This document shows, piece by piece, positions 12,388-23,311 of a stretch of DNA of 64,000 bases. The position numbers and the translations under genes were made by a program. Below the pieces are notes generated by a model. The model saw only the letters and a program-made list of their open reading frames with translations, was not told where the DNA came from and did not search any database. Every line of letters starts with the position of its first letter. Position 1 is the stretch's first letter. This stretch comes from Octopus sinensis (taxonomy: Eukaryota): positions 154,442,001-154,506,000 of the forward strand of contig NC_042998.1 of NCBI RefSeq assembly GCF_006345805.1, written 5' to 3'.

Positions 12388-12851
12388 AGCATTTAGTAGA
12401 AAAAAATTTGAATCTAGCATTTAGCTGGGGAAAATAGTGTACCGTGAGCACATGTAGTCTTGTCAACTGTAAACACTCTGGTAGATGTGTGTGCGTGCTT
12501 GTGTACGCGTGTGTGTGCGAGCGTTTCTAGGTATTTATGTGTGGAGGAAGCTAATGGGTGTACGAGTGTATGCTTAAACAAATAAAGAAGACAATTTTAA
12601 ACAAATGATAGAAACATTTTTTTTCACGTGTTGTAAGGAGGATGTTGTGCCAATGCTCGACCTTCATGTATAATTTACATTCTGGTTATACCTACACAAG
12701 TGTACCTGTCTGTTTGAGATACCTACATAAAATTGTATATGTTAGAGAAACTATTGTTTCACTCTTTTGCGAAACTGAAAGATAAGCTAAAGTGTGCGAT
12801 TACCACTATTTTGAATAAACATATTAGTGCGTTAATTTTATTCCACTTTAC

Positions 12852-12907
12852 CTGTAGTTCCGACCGATTGCAAGAACTTTCCTACAAATTTCAAGATACC
12901 GCAACAT
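12852..12907 (-). CDS. FAHD1: FAHD1 coding exon 1 (start codon at 12907)
   Basis: ATG TTG CGG ... GGT CGG AAC TAC AG|gtaaag encodes MLRYLEICRKVLAIGRNY(R), the GRNY motif. An in-frame TAA lies 12 nt upstream. The phase-2 end joins the exon at 1313. The short N-terminus favours FAHD1 over FAHD2. Confidence 0.88.
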
Positions 12908-13224
12908 GTCAGCTACTTAAACTGTAATGTCCTTCAAACTTCGAAGATTTTTGTACTTGTTTGGTTATGAATAAATCGTTTCATTCTTAATGTTACTTTT
13001 TCATTTAAAATATTAAGGCTAACCGAGTGTTTTAGAATTTGTTTTTTTCGATATGGGGGTCCGTTCTCGTCAAAAACGGTCGGTTTTCGAGGGAACTTTC
13101 TGGTATTAGCATTCGCGGAAGAATTGTTTTTCATTCACTGTGCTTCGGCCTCATTGTTTTGCTTTGGGCAGTGGTTCTTGATTTCTTCTTTCATGAAGTA
13201 CTGGGGAAAAAAAAAAAAAAAAAG

Positions 13225-14021
13225 GGCTCTTTTCCTTTTGAACGACACATGTCAACACAATTTCTAGTTAACTAAACACTTTTAAACTTCGTATACTGTT
13301 AGAATATTTCAAAATAAAACATTTTTTTCTCTTGGCTTTCTTGAGAAAATTGTAATTTGTAAATTTAACGTAGTTTAATTTTTCGAATTTTAACCAATCG
13401 ATTGCCTCTGTTGAGCTAAAATCATTTGCTCCGTCTAAAACTGAAACAACATCCTGTCACTAACCCTCACCCTAACTCTAACCCTAAATTTTAGCCTTTC
13501 GTTTGTTTTTTTAATTGTTACGCGTGTGTCTAAAATTATTCGTTTTGTTTTTGTTTGGAGTTTTTGCTTTCGTTTTAGCCTTTCGTTTTTTTTTTCTTAA
13601 TTGTTTAAAGCAATGGAAAATAATTTTAATTTAACAATTAAGAAAAAAAAAACGAAAGCAAAAACTCAAAACAAAAACAAAACGAATAATTTTAGACACA
13701 CACATAACAATTAAAATAATTCTATAATTTTATACACATGCTTTCCGTATATTCTGTATAAATAGCTGTTTACGTAAACATAACAGTGACAGGATGTTGT
13801 CTCAGTTTTAAACGAAGCAAATGATTTTAGCTCAATAGAGGCGATTCATTGGTTAAAATTCGAAAAATTAAACTACGTTAAACAAACAAATTACAATTTT
13901 CTCAAGAAAGCCAAGACAAAAAAATGTTTTATTTTGACACATTCTACCAGTATACGAAGTTTTAAAGTGTTTAATTAACTAGAGATTGTGTTGAAAACTG
14001 CCGTTCAAAAGGAAAAGATTT
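13225..14021. mobile_element. Foldback MITE 'C' (GGATC-related termini, different core) just upstream of FAHD1
   Basis: The arms 13225-~13600 and ~13640-14021 are reverse complements. Termini are ggctcttttccttttgaacg / cgttcaaaaggaaaagattt, with a taaccctcaccctaactctaaccctaa tract and A-rich flanks. Confidence 0.75.
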
Positions 14022-14196
14022 TAAAAAAAGTCTAACAGCTTAGATTTTTAAAAAATATTGGAATATTTTGTATGGAAAATTAAAGAAAACAATTTTTGAA
14101 TTTAAAAATTATAAAGGAAATACTTCTTTCCGCCTCACCCCCATTTTCTCGCAAATTATTTTTTATTTTTTATTTTTTTGCCCAAAAAAACCCTGT

Positions 14197-14596
14197 GGAT
14201 CTTTTCGGTTTGAACAGCAGTTTTTAACATAATTTCTAGGTAACTAAAACATTTTAAACTTCGTATACTGATAGAATGTGTTTATAAAACATCTTTTTCT
14301 CTTGGCTTTATTGAGAAAATTCTATAGTTTGTAAGATATTTGGTCTTTAATTTCTTGCATTTCGGCAATTTCAACCAATCAATGACCGTCTATTGAGGTG
14401 AAACCATTCTGTGCCGTATGTATATGTCCCTCGTTTAAGAAACAGATTGGGTTTATTTACATTTCTGAAGAAAAAAAGATACCCTCCCCCACCCCTAACC
14501 CTAACCCTAAAAGAGATTGATTCTAGGGTCATAATTATGGGTCACAATTTCATATGACACTGCTAGAAAAAACTGCCGTTCAAACCAAAAAGGTCC
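14197..14596 (+). mobile_element. GGATC-family MITE monomer 'E'
   Basis: ~28-bp TIRs ggatcttttcggtttgaacagcagtttt / aaaactgccgttcaaaccaaaaaggtcc. TSD aaccctgt / aaccccgt (7/8 match). Confidence 0.85.
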
Positions 14597-14629
14597 AACC
14601 CCGTTTTCGGATATGGAGATTTCAGAAAA

Positions 14630-15045
14630 GGATCTTTTCGGTTTGAACGGCAGTTTTTTAAAATAATTTCCACGTAACTAAACACTTTTAAACTTCGTAT
14701 ACTGGTAGAATGTGTTTATAAAACATCCTTTTCTCTTGGCTTTATTGAGAAAATTCTATAGTTTGTAAGATATTTGTTGTTTTTTTCTTTAATTTCTGTA
14801 ATTTCAACCAATCAATGACGTCTATTGAGGTGAAAACATTCTGTGCCATATGAATATGTCCCTCGTTTAAGAAACAGATTGGGTTTATTTACATTTCTGA
14901 AGAAAAAAAGATACCCTTCCCCCCACCCCTAACCCTAACAGCTAAAACAGATTGAAATGCAATAGATCGATACTAGGTCATAATTATGGGTGACAATTTC
15001 ATATGACACCGCTAGAAAAAACTGCCGTTCAAACCGAAAAGATCC
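14630..15045 (+). mobile_element. GGATC-family MITE monomer 'F'
   Basis: Perfect TIR ggatcttttcggtttgaacggcagtttt / aaaactgccgttcaaaccgaaaagatcc. TSD tcagaaaa / ccggaaaa (CpG-decay differences). Confidence 0.85.
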
Positions 15046-16599
15046 CCGGAAAATTGCCAAAAATTGGAATTTTGACATTTCTAAACCCCCCCCCCTTACC
15101 ACCTTACCCCCCAAATTTCCTCATTTTTCACTTTTTTCCCTAATCCTAACCCTAAAATCTTAATGCTAACCCTAACTATAAAAATTTTAGGAAATTTTTT
15201 TCAGAATCATAATCTCCATATTTTTCTGCATATTTAAAAAAAAAATTTCTGAAAAAAGTTAAATATGAAGAAACTGGGGGGTGGATTTCAAAATGCCGAT
15301 TTTTGCCAAGTTTTTTGCAGATTCATATTCTCTGTAGCCGTGTAGAAAAAAAAAAATTAAATAAAAGAAAAAGGGGTGTTTTTTGGGGTGAAGTACAAAA
15401 GGAAGTCTTGGCATTATAAAAATATATTGAAAACTATTGCTTATTTTGTTTTGTTAATCATACTTGTTAAATTTCTTGCAACCACTCGAAGTTTTTCAAA
15501 TTTTCACCAGATTATTTTTTTTAAATGCAGTTATGCATGCTGATGAAAATCGCATTCAATTTGACGGAAATTAATAAAAGAAGTTGTGGCAAATTCATGA
15601 AGTTGTTCCTCTCTTTAGGTAAGCATTTAAAATCTGCTTTATGAATTCACATTTACTCAGTGCTTACCTAGGAAAAATTATCTTGTCTAATATTTGTACT
15701 TCTCTTGTGAACCCTAATGACTTAGGAATTAAAACTGAATCTTTGTTTTCCATCTATGGTATTATTCTTGACACTTAATAGATATTGAAAATGTCTTGTT
15801 TTTAAAATTTATTTTCCAATGTTTAAAATTTCTTTTAATTTGATAAAACTGAATAAACTAGATCTGGAATCCAATGAATAATTCAGTAAAGTCAAGTTAA
15901 AAACTTGGAGCTAAGTTATAGTAATTCAGTTTTGTTATTGTAGCTGTCTAGTCTAGATGGGTCTTGAAAGGTATGAACACTGCTTGCTCTTCTCAAGTTA
16001 GGCCTTTGACTTTTTGCTATCTAAATTGATTAATATGTGATCAATACTGTTTGCATCAAGGAATAAAGAAATAGGAATTTATAACATTCAATACAAGCAT
16101 AAGTGAAATAGCTGCAATCATCAGTAGGACCTGGGTCATAAATATGGTTTGAAAGAGTTTATCACCTACATATACTACTATTGTTGCCACCATTTTAGTC
16201 TTGCAACAAAAAAAAAATTTAATCAATGAAAGAGGGGAAAGTTTTCATTTTAGAACAATAATAGTATTTTTCACAAGCTCTGTTTTATTAATTTATTTAT
16301 ATATTTCTTTGTTTTGATATTGGTAAAGAATCATTTGACATTTCCAGATTCCACTGTTTATAAAAAAAAACGAAAAAAAAAACAAAACCAAAAACCCCCG
16401 ATACTTCAACTAAATACATGATTGGCACATGATGCAGTTTTGCGAAATAAACAATCGTTTCCACCTTTTGCTTAAAGCAAGAATTTTTCTCCATGGCAAA
16501 CTGCAATGAAAAGGGCCTTCTTTACAAGTTAAACATGTCCCAAACATTTGAACTTATCACACAGTTTATTTATTTCCACTAAACTTCTTTTAATGAAGA

Positions 16600-17260
16600 A
16601 TTTTGGTCAAATGATAAATTTGAATATTTTTGATTGGTGACATAATTAATTGTTAAAGTTTTCTTATTAGAAAAGGCATTGCTTTATGTAGTTTTCCAGA
16701 TATGCCATACATGCCCACCATATGTCTTACTTCAGAGTCCAGTCACATAAAAACTCTTAAATGCATCAAGAGCACTTCAGGTTGCTATGACACACTTCTA
16801 AAGTCATTACTTCTGATCTAAACAGGTACACTGCATCTTGACACAAATGAGCTTCAGTGTCAATTTCCTCTTTGAAAGCTACCTGATGGTTTGTTGACTA
16901 TATTTAAGACTACTCTGTACTAATGGAGTCCAATTTCGAACTATTGTACATTTGCTTGGGTGGAGTTGCTGAGTATTTTGTTGGTTATTGACACTGGGAA
17001 AAGCTAATTAGAGGAAGAAGGATACTACCTATGACTCTTGCAGGTTCTTCCAGAATGGTGAGGTTGATATTAGTATGGCCAATGTTTACAGGAAATTCAT
17101 GAGTAGGGAGGGAATTTTTAAGGGTTGCAAACTTGAGGACTTCATCAAGTCTTTAGTGCAAAGGTGTGAGTAAGAGTGAAAGGGAAATATGACAGTGAAT
17201 ATGACAGGCTGGTTGTATGGTCTTCAGTAGAAAGGTATAAATTTAACTAATTCAGAAGTG
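16600..17260 (-). mobile_element. Highly degraded CR1/L2-type LINE RT fragment
   Basis: The minus strand gives ALDAFKSFYV (ALDISKAFDRV-like) and YGISGKLH...FL, with many stops. Confidence 0.5.
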
Positions 17261-17459
17261 GTCATTCAAATAGGGATAGAAGAAGCAGAGGGAAGAAACA
17301 GTGTGACTAAGTCTGATTGAAATATGTTGGTAAATTAATTATTGCCACTCAGTTTAATGACTATTTTGGATGTGGTCTAAGATATCTATGTGTGCAACAG
17401 CAGCAATTTTACCCTACAGGTTAGCAATCCTCAATGTGTCTCTTCAGTGAGCAGTACTC

Positions 17460-18010
17460 TGACACATGTTTTAAATGAAAAGGATTCACATGCGTGTTTC
17501 ATTTAATGTGTGCACTTATATCTCTTAAGTGATCTGTACTCTAATGCATGTCTTAAGTGATTTGTACTCCAATGTGTGTCTCAAGTAATTTGTTCTCCAA
17601 TGCATGTCCTAAGTGATCTGTTCTCCAATACATGTCTTTAGCAATCTGTACTTCAATACATTTTAAGTGAGCTGTATTCCAATGTGTGTCTTAAGTCAGA
17701 TGTACTCAAATACCTGACTTACTTAAGTGAGCTGTAACTCCAATGTATGTCTTACCTAAGCGAGCTATATTCCAATGTGTGTCTTGAGCTGTTCCCCACT
17801 GAATGTCTTAGGTGAGCTATACTCCAGTACATGTCTTATATGAATTGTACTTTCATGTGTGTCTTAAGTGAGTTGTACTTTCAGGCCTGGCTTAAGTGAG
17901 TTGTACTCTGTGTGTCTTAAGACATACTCAGTGTGTCTTGAGTGAACAGTACTCTAATGTGTATCTTTGCGTGAATGAACAATACTGCAAAGTGAGTTGT
18001 AGTTAAGTGA
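17460..18010. repeat. Degenerate ~28-bp minisatellite (cttaagtgagctgtactccaatgtgtgt)n
   Basis: About 18 diverged units. The last ~150 bp are copied again at 19175-19325. Confidence 0.85.
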
Positions 18011-18204
18011 GTAGTACTGTTATGTGAGTCATAATATTAAATTAAAGCAGCATTGTTACAAAATCCATATATCCATTTTAACAAATCTGCTAAAAACTTT
18101 ATTGGTATTTTTACACTTTTACACATGGTAAATCAACTGTACATATCTGGGAACTTACCTACAGATTGAATTTTTGCTGACTTGGCTTTTGTTGACTCAG
18201 AGAA

Positions 18205-18410
18205 GCATGACTGGCTCCTGTGCCGGTGGCACATAAAAAGCACCCACTACACTCTTGGAGTTGTTGGCATTAGGAAGGGCATCCAGCTGTAGAAACATTG
18301 CCAGATCAGACTGGAGCCTGGTGCAGCCACTGGCTCTTCAGACCTCAGTCAAACTGTCCAACCCATGCCAGCATGGAAAATGGACGTTAAAAGATGATGA
18401 TGATGATGAT
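18205..18410 (+). mobile_element. SINE / RTE-tail family copy
   Basis: ttggcattaggaagggcatccagctgtagaaac...gcatggaaaatggacgttaaaagatgatgatgat. Confidence 0.8.
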
Positions 18411-18503
18411 ATATATGTTCTGAGCACACAATCTCAGATCAAGTCACTCGCTATGTAAGTACATCTCTATAAACAGAAAGATTATCTCTATGAAATGTTA
18501 TAT

Positions 18504-18878
18504 TAGAGTGGTTGTATACTGTCAACTTAATGTGACAGTCCCATGAAGGGAATCACACCACCGCTATTTAGCCCTAGGAAACATCAACGCTTCCTGTTAG
18601 CCTTGACACATTTCCTGTGTCCTTATGTTTACAAGGGGGAGACAAGCACCCCCACCCAGCTAAGCCTGCATCCAGAGACTAGTTTCTGAGTCTTGCTCAT
18701 CATCAGTCTGGAGTAGCATGGCTTGCTAGCTGCAGATGTTTGTCTAGGCCTCGTAAACATATAGTAATTTCAGTGAAATAAATCCACTGATCACAAAAAA
18801 ATAGAAATATTACATTTCTAAATATTTCAGAGAAATATAAGCAGTGGTGGTATGATAGAGTAGTTGTATACTGTCAAC
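18504..18878 (-). mobile_element. 352-bp terminally redundant unit carrying a hammerhead ribozyme (non-LTR retrozyme or Penelope pseudo-LTR-like)
   Basis: The 23-nt direct repeat tagagt(g/a)gttgtatactgtcaac occurs at 18504-18526 and 18856-18878, with no coding capacity and the HHR in between. Confidence 0.55.
18662..18724 (-). ncRNA. Type I hammerhead ribozyme
   Basis: The minus strand reads UCCAGA-CUGAUGA-UGAG(CAAGA)CUCA-GAAAC-UA-GUC-UCUGGA: complete core, 6-bp stem I, 4-bp stem II, palindromic mini stem III (ACUAGU) and a GUC cleavage triplet. Stem I extends through UGC/GCA and AAGCC/GGCUU past an internal loop. Confidence 0.85.
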
Positions 18879-18929
18879 GCTTCCTGATTGAAATGAAAAT
18901 AAAATTTCTTATTGACACTGACCAGCCTT

Positions 18930-19680
18930 CACATACATATAGTATGTTTAATAATGTACCTAACATGGAAAGACACACACACTGTGAAATATATACACAC
19001 TTATACACATACATTCACAGACAGATACACAGTCATATACAAAATGTGAGTAAAAATATAAAAGTGAAACATATAGTGTGTTTAATAATGTACATAACAC
19101 AGAAAGACACCCACACAGTGAGATATATACACACTCATACACTCACACACACACTGTAAGACATAAACACACTCTTACAGTGAGTTGTACTCTAATGTGT
19201 GTCTCAAGTGAGTTGTACTCTGTGTTTCTTAAAACATACTCAGTGTGTCTTGAGTGAACAGTACTCTAATGTGTATCTTTGCGTGAATGAATAATACTGC
19301 AAAGTGAGTTGTAGTTAATGTGAGTAAAAGTATAAAAGTGAAACATAGTGTGTTTAATAATGTACATAACACAGAAAGACACCCTCACAGTGAGACATAT
19401 ACACACTCATACACTCACGCACACACTGTAAGACATATACACACTCTTACACTCACACATGTTGTTGTTGTAGTTAAAATTAAAAGTATAACAGTGAAAC
19501 ATATAGCATGTTTAATAACATACCTATTGTGGAAAGACATATACACTCATACACTCATGCGCATACATTCACAGACAGATTCAAAGTCATATACAAAATG
19601 TGACATCATCGTCATTGTCGTGGTTAGAATTAAAAGCAAAAGTATAAAAGTGAAACAATATATCACATTACAATATAGAT
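18930..19680. repeat. Degenerate tandem repeat with CA-rich linkers (ataaaagtgaaacatatagtgtgtttaataatgtacataacacagaaagacac...)
   Basis: Units start near 19058, 19330, 19488 and 19645, with a partial unit at ~18935. Confidence 0.75.
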
Positions 19681-20436
19681 GTTATTCTTTCATTTTTATT
19701 CTTCGAGTTTTGACACATAATACAGAATCAGTGCCAATGTTGTATTGTTTAATCTCAAAAAAATTACATGCTGACACTAACAGGGTCTGGTAGTATTACC
19801 ATGTAAAATTTGATTTGGTTTGGTTGAGCCGTTTCAGAATGCATTGGGAACAGACAGAGAGGCAAAGGATTTTATATGTATGTATATATATACACATATA
19901 TATATATATATATAAAAGAATATATATATTTATTTAGTAGAGTTTTAATGCAGCAAAATCAATTTATTTACATAACTGTTGATTATGTAATGCCTATGAT
20001 CGTTTCAATATCCACCTTCATTTATTTTACAGTTAACAATTGCATTATGAGTTCAGAAGGTAGAAGACTCTTCAGGCCTAAAATCGACATATTTATCTTT
20101 ACACCCTAACAGATTGAGTGTTCATTATAGACTAACTTATAATGCAATTGTTAATTGTAAAATAAGTGAAGGTGGATTTTGAAATGATTGCAGGCATTCT
20201 GTAATTGATAGTTATGTACATAAATTAATTTTGCTGTATTCAAACTCTCCATATATCGAATCAGATGGAAACATAATGTATATAGTACTCTATAACGTGT
20301 ATAGCATTGGTGTCTATTAAACAATAATACTAATACAAGGAAACAAATTCCAGTAAATTCATAGATATATGGATAAACCGGAGGAAGCTAGGATGTAAGA
20401 CCTGGAAAGAGCAATCTCTTTCTTTACAAAAACTAT

Positions 20437-21780
20437 ACAGGTATATACCTTACCCTAAGTCATTTTACTTGTCTATAGGCTAGGCTAGGCTAGGCTTGGC
20501 CTAGCCTTGCATAAACTGCTAATAGCCATTCCCCAGTGCTGTACTTTATTTATGAATACATTTTCGAAAAGATGTGGTTAATAAAAACCTATTTTAAGTT
20601 TACAAAAAAGTGTATTTATTATTTTATAACACAGTAAAAAAACCCAAAAGACTAAAGTATTTTAAATTTACCAATACATACAATTTGGTGGTGTTTATGT
20701 TTACATTGCTAATAGTCATTTCCCAGTGTTGTACTTTATTTATGAATGCATTTTCAATAAGACACTGTTAATAAAAACCTATTATAAGCTTACAAACAAA
20801 TAATAATTATTTTGTAATAAAGTAAAAAAAAAATTAAGTATTTACCAATAAGCAAGATTTGGTGGTGTTTACATTGTAGATGTAGATAGCTGAGGATTGT
20901 TGATGTTACATCATCAGCTGATTCTGGCAGTTCTCATTGTTGTTTGATGCATTTCAAAAACTGGTCAAGAGTGCCTTGAACTGTTTTCTTTTCGTCAAGT
21001 ATTGCGTTATAAGGAGTGAAAGCTTCATGACAAGCCTCCATAATCTAGGAAAAGCGTTGAGTATTTGGATCCATATCTTCAAACAATGCAAGACTTTTTC
21101 CAATGTGTGCAAATGCTTACTGCATTTTCTTAATAGTGAAATGGCATGGCTCAGGTTCAACTTGCTCTTCTTTATTTTCGTGCTCGTTTTCTCCAATGAT
21201 CTTCAATGTTGCAGGAAATTCCGCTGCTGCATGTTTGTCAGCTGATGTGTTTTCACATTGCTTCTTAAGGAAGTAATAACTTCTCCATTTTTTAAAATCT
21301 CATAAACCTATATCAGTTGTCTGATTCACCCCAAAAGATTGTGCAATCACTTCAACTTTTTCACCTCTATCATGATGTTTTATCATCACCAACTTATCCC
21401 CCGGCATTATATCATAACACCTAGCACTTTCACCGGTACTTACAAATGAATGTAAATGAGAGAATCTAAATGATAAACAAATGTAAGCAAATCTGAATTC
21501 AAAACAATTTCAGGAATCACAATGAAGTCTGATGATACAGATAGATAAGACAACACAGCTGATTTCATGCTTTAGTGAACTTGGCTACACTACTTTATGG
21601 TGTGTATTTTAGCATTTATTGCATTTTCATGATTTTATATGCGTTTATTTTTATTTATTGTAACATGATTTTATGTGCTTTTAGTGTTTTTTAATGTTTT
21701 TATGATTCCAATATTATTGGCAGACTGATGTAAAGTTGAGTAAAGCGACTTAACTTGATTTTTATTTTTCCATATGTTAC
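20437..21780 (-). mobile_element. Internally deleted pogo/Tigger-like DNA transposon fossil (boundaries uncertain)
   Basis: Minus strand 21420-20940 resembles the CENP-B HTH start and the C-terminal remnants of Tigger transposases. An internal ~190-bp tandem duplication lies at 20515-20870. Confidence 0.45.
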
Positions 21781-21789
21781 TTTTAAAAA

Positions 21790-22190
21790 CTGATGTATCT
21801 TTATTTGCTTCAGTCAATTGACTATGGCCATGCTGGAGCACAGCGTTTTGTCGAACAAATCAACCCCCAGAACTTATTCTTTGTAAGCCTAGTACTTATT
21901 CTATTGTTCCCTTTTACTGAACTGCTAAGTTATGGGGACGTAAGCACACCAACATTGGTTGTCAAGTGATGGTGGGGGGGACAAACACAGACACACGAAA
22001 ATACACATACACATATGTATACAACGGGCTTCTTTCAGCTTCTGTCTGCCAAATCCACTCACAAGGCTTTGGTTGGCCTGTGGCTATAGTAGAAGACACT
22101 TGCCTGAAGTGCTACACAATGGGACTGAACCTGGAATCATGGGCTGGGAAGCAAGCTTCTTACCACATAGCCACTCCTGCACCTATTGCG
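21790..22190 (-). mobile_element. tRNA-derived SINE
   Basis: The minus-strand head ggtgcaggagtggctatgtggtaagaagc...ccaggttcagtccc has A- and B-box-like motifs; near-identical family member at 42885-43258. Confidence 0.8.
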
Positions 22191-22191
22191 C

Positions 22192-22238
<47 letters not shown>

Positions 22239-22241
<3 letters not shown>

Positions 22242-23300
22242 CAACAATTGAGGGTAAAATTAATTAATTAATCAATTTCACCAAGTATTCAGTATGCAAA
22301 GGGACCATTTAAGGCGAATTCAAATTATTACATTATATAAAAGGGCTTAGTAAAATAAATTACTTTGCCGCATACTGAACTCATTAGAAATAGCAGCTAA
22401 AAAAACTTTTTCAAAACTATTTCTAATACTTAAAGAAAACCTCTCTCATATAGTGTTTGCTCAATTCAACTCACGAAAGTATGGGGGTAGAGACATTAAA
22501 AAATCAAATGCAAAGGTTATTTGAGAACGTACGTTTCAAGATTAGTCAAACTCGACACTTCTATCATCAGCTCAGAACTCCCTGGTTTGGATTTGAAAAC
22601 ACTGAAAGTGGGAGCATACCCTTTCGGCTTCTTATCGCTTCTGAAGATCTGCTCGAAACTAACAGTGCCAGCAAACTCAAAAATGCAAGCGAAGAATTTC
22701 TGCTCTCCCCTTTCCACCAGCGTGGGTTAAAATCAGTAAACACTATGCTTTTTTCGGTAAAATCCGAGGCATTATATAGAGAGAGATGAATTATAATTTC
22801 AACAATTGAGGGTAAAATTAATTAATTAATCAATTTCACCAAGTATTCAGTATGCAAAGGGACCATTTAAGGCGAATTCAAATTATTACATTATATAAAA
22901 GGGCTTAGTAAAATAAATTACTTTGCCGCATACTGAACTCATTAGAAATAGCAGCTAAAAAAACTTTTTCAAAACTATTTCTAATACTTAAAGAAAACCT
23001 CTCTCATATAGTGTTTGCTCAATTCAACTCACGAAAGTATGGGGGTAGAGACATTAAAAAATCAAATGCAAAGGTTATTTGAGAACGTACGTTTCAAGAT
23101 TAGTCAAACTCGACACTTCTATCAACAGCTCAGAACTCCCTGGTTTGGATTTGAAAACACTGAAAGTGGGAGCATACCCTTTCGGCTTCTTATCGCTTCT
23201 GAAGATCTGCTCGAAACTAACAGTGCCAGCAAACTCAAAAATGCAAGCGAAGAATTTCTGCTCTCCCCTTTCCACCAGCGTGGGTTAAAATCAGTAAACA
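22239..23300. repeat. Near-identical 558-bp tandem duplication (one full copy and one 504-bp copy) between (TA)n tracts
   Basis: tttcaacaattgagg starts at 22239 and 22797. Only one mismatch was noticed (atcatcagc vs atcaacagc). Confidence 0.92.
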
Positions 23301-23311
23301 ATATATATATA

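Larger units (their letters stand above)
14120..15410 (-). mobile_element. Second, inverted copy of element X, interrupted by two MITE monomers
   Basis: 15047-15410 is the reverse complement of 9124-9475. The empty sites for E and F can be read in the 9124-9546 copy (ggagactccggaaaattgcc; cccacgtttt). Confidence 0.7.

Noticed and set aside
12934-13204. Minus-strand ORF 12934-13134 and the exon-like YFMKEEIKNHCPKQNNEAEAQ* after a poly-T acceptor
   Set aside because: No recognisable homology. The poly-T is the flank of MITE C, and the segment more likely belongs to the FAHD1 5' UTR or promoter.
9060-15180. TAACCC/TTAGGG tracts as a true or healed telomere
   Set aside because: They are short, degenerate, occur in both orientations and always at the same position inside MITE copies.
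9124-15410. One giant 6.3-kb element with ~350-bp TIRs that captured FAHD1 exon 1
   Set aside because: There is no shared TSD at the outer ends, and each arm has its own terminal inverted motifs. Two independent inverted copies explain it more simply.
15596-15740. Opposing donor-like sites (MKLFLSL G|gtaagc on plus; ...KIIFPR|gtaagc on minus)
   Set aside because: No compatible downstream exon could be joined in phase on either strand.
17460-18010. CRISPR-like look of the regularly spaced repeats
   Set aside because: The units are contiguous and degenerate with no unique spacers, the context is eukaryotic, and there are no cas genes.
22641-22670. Hammerhead-like CTGAAGA-N7-GAAAC (also at 23199)
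   Set aside because: Stem II is unpaired, the triplet is GUG rather than NUH, and there is no stem I complement. It is not predicted to be functional.
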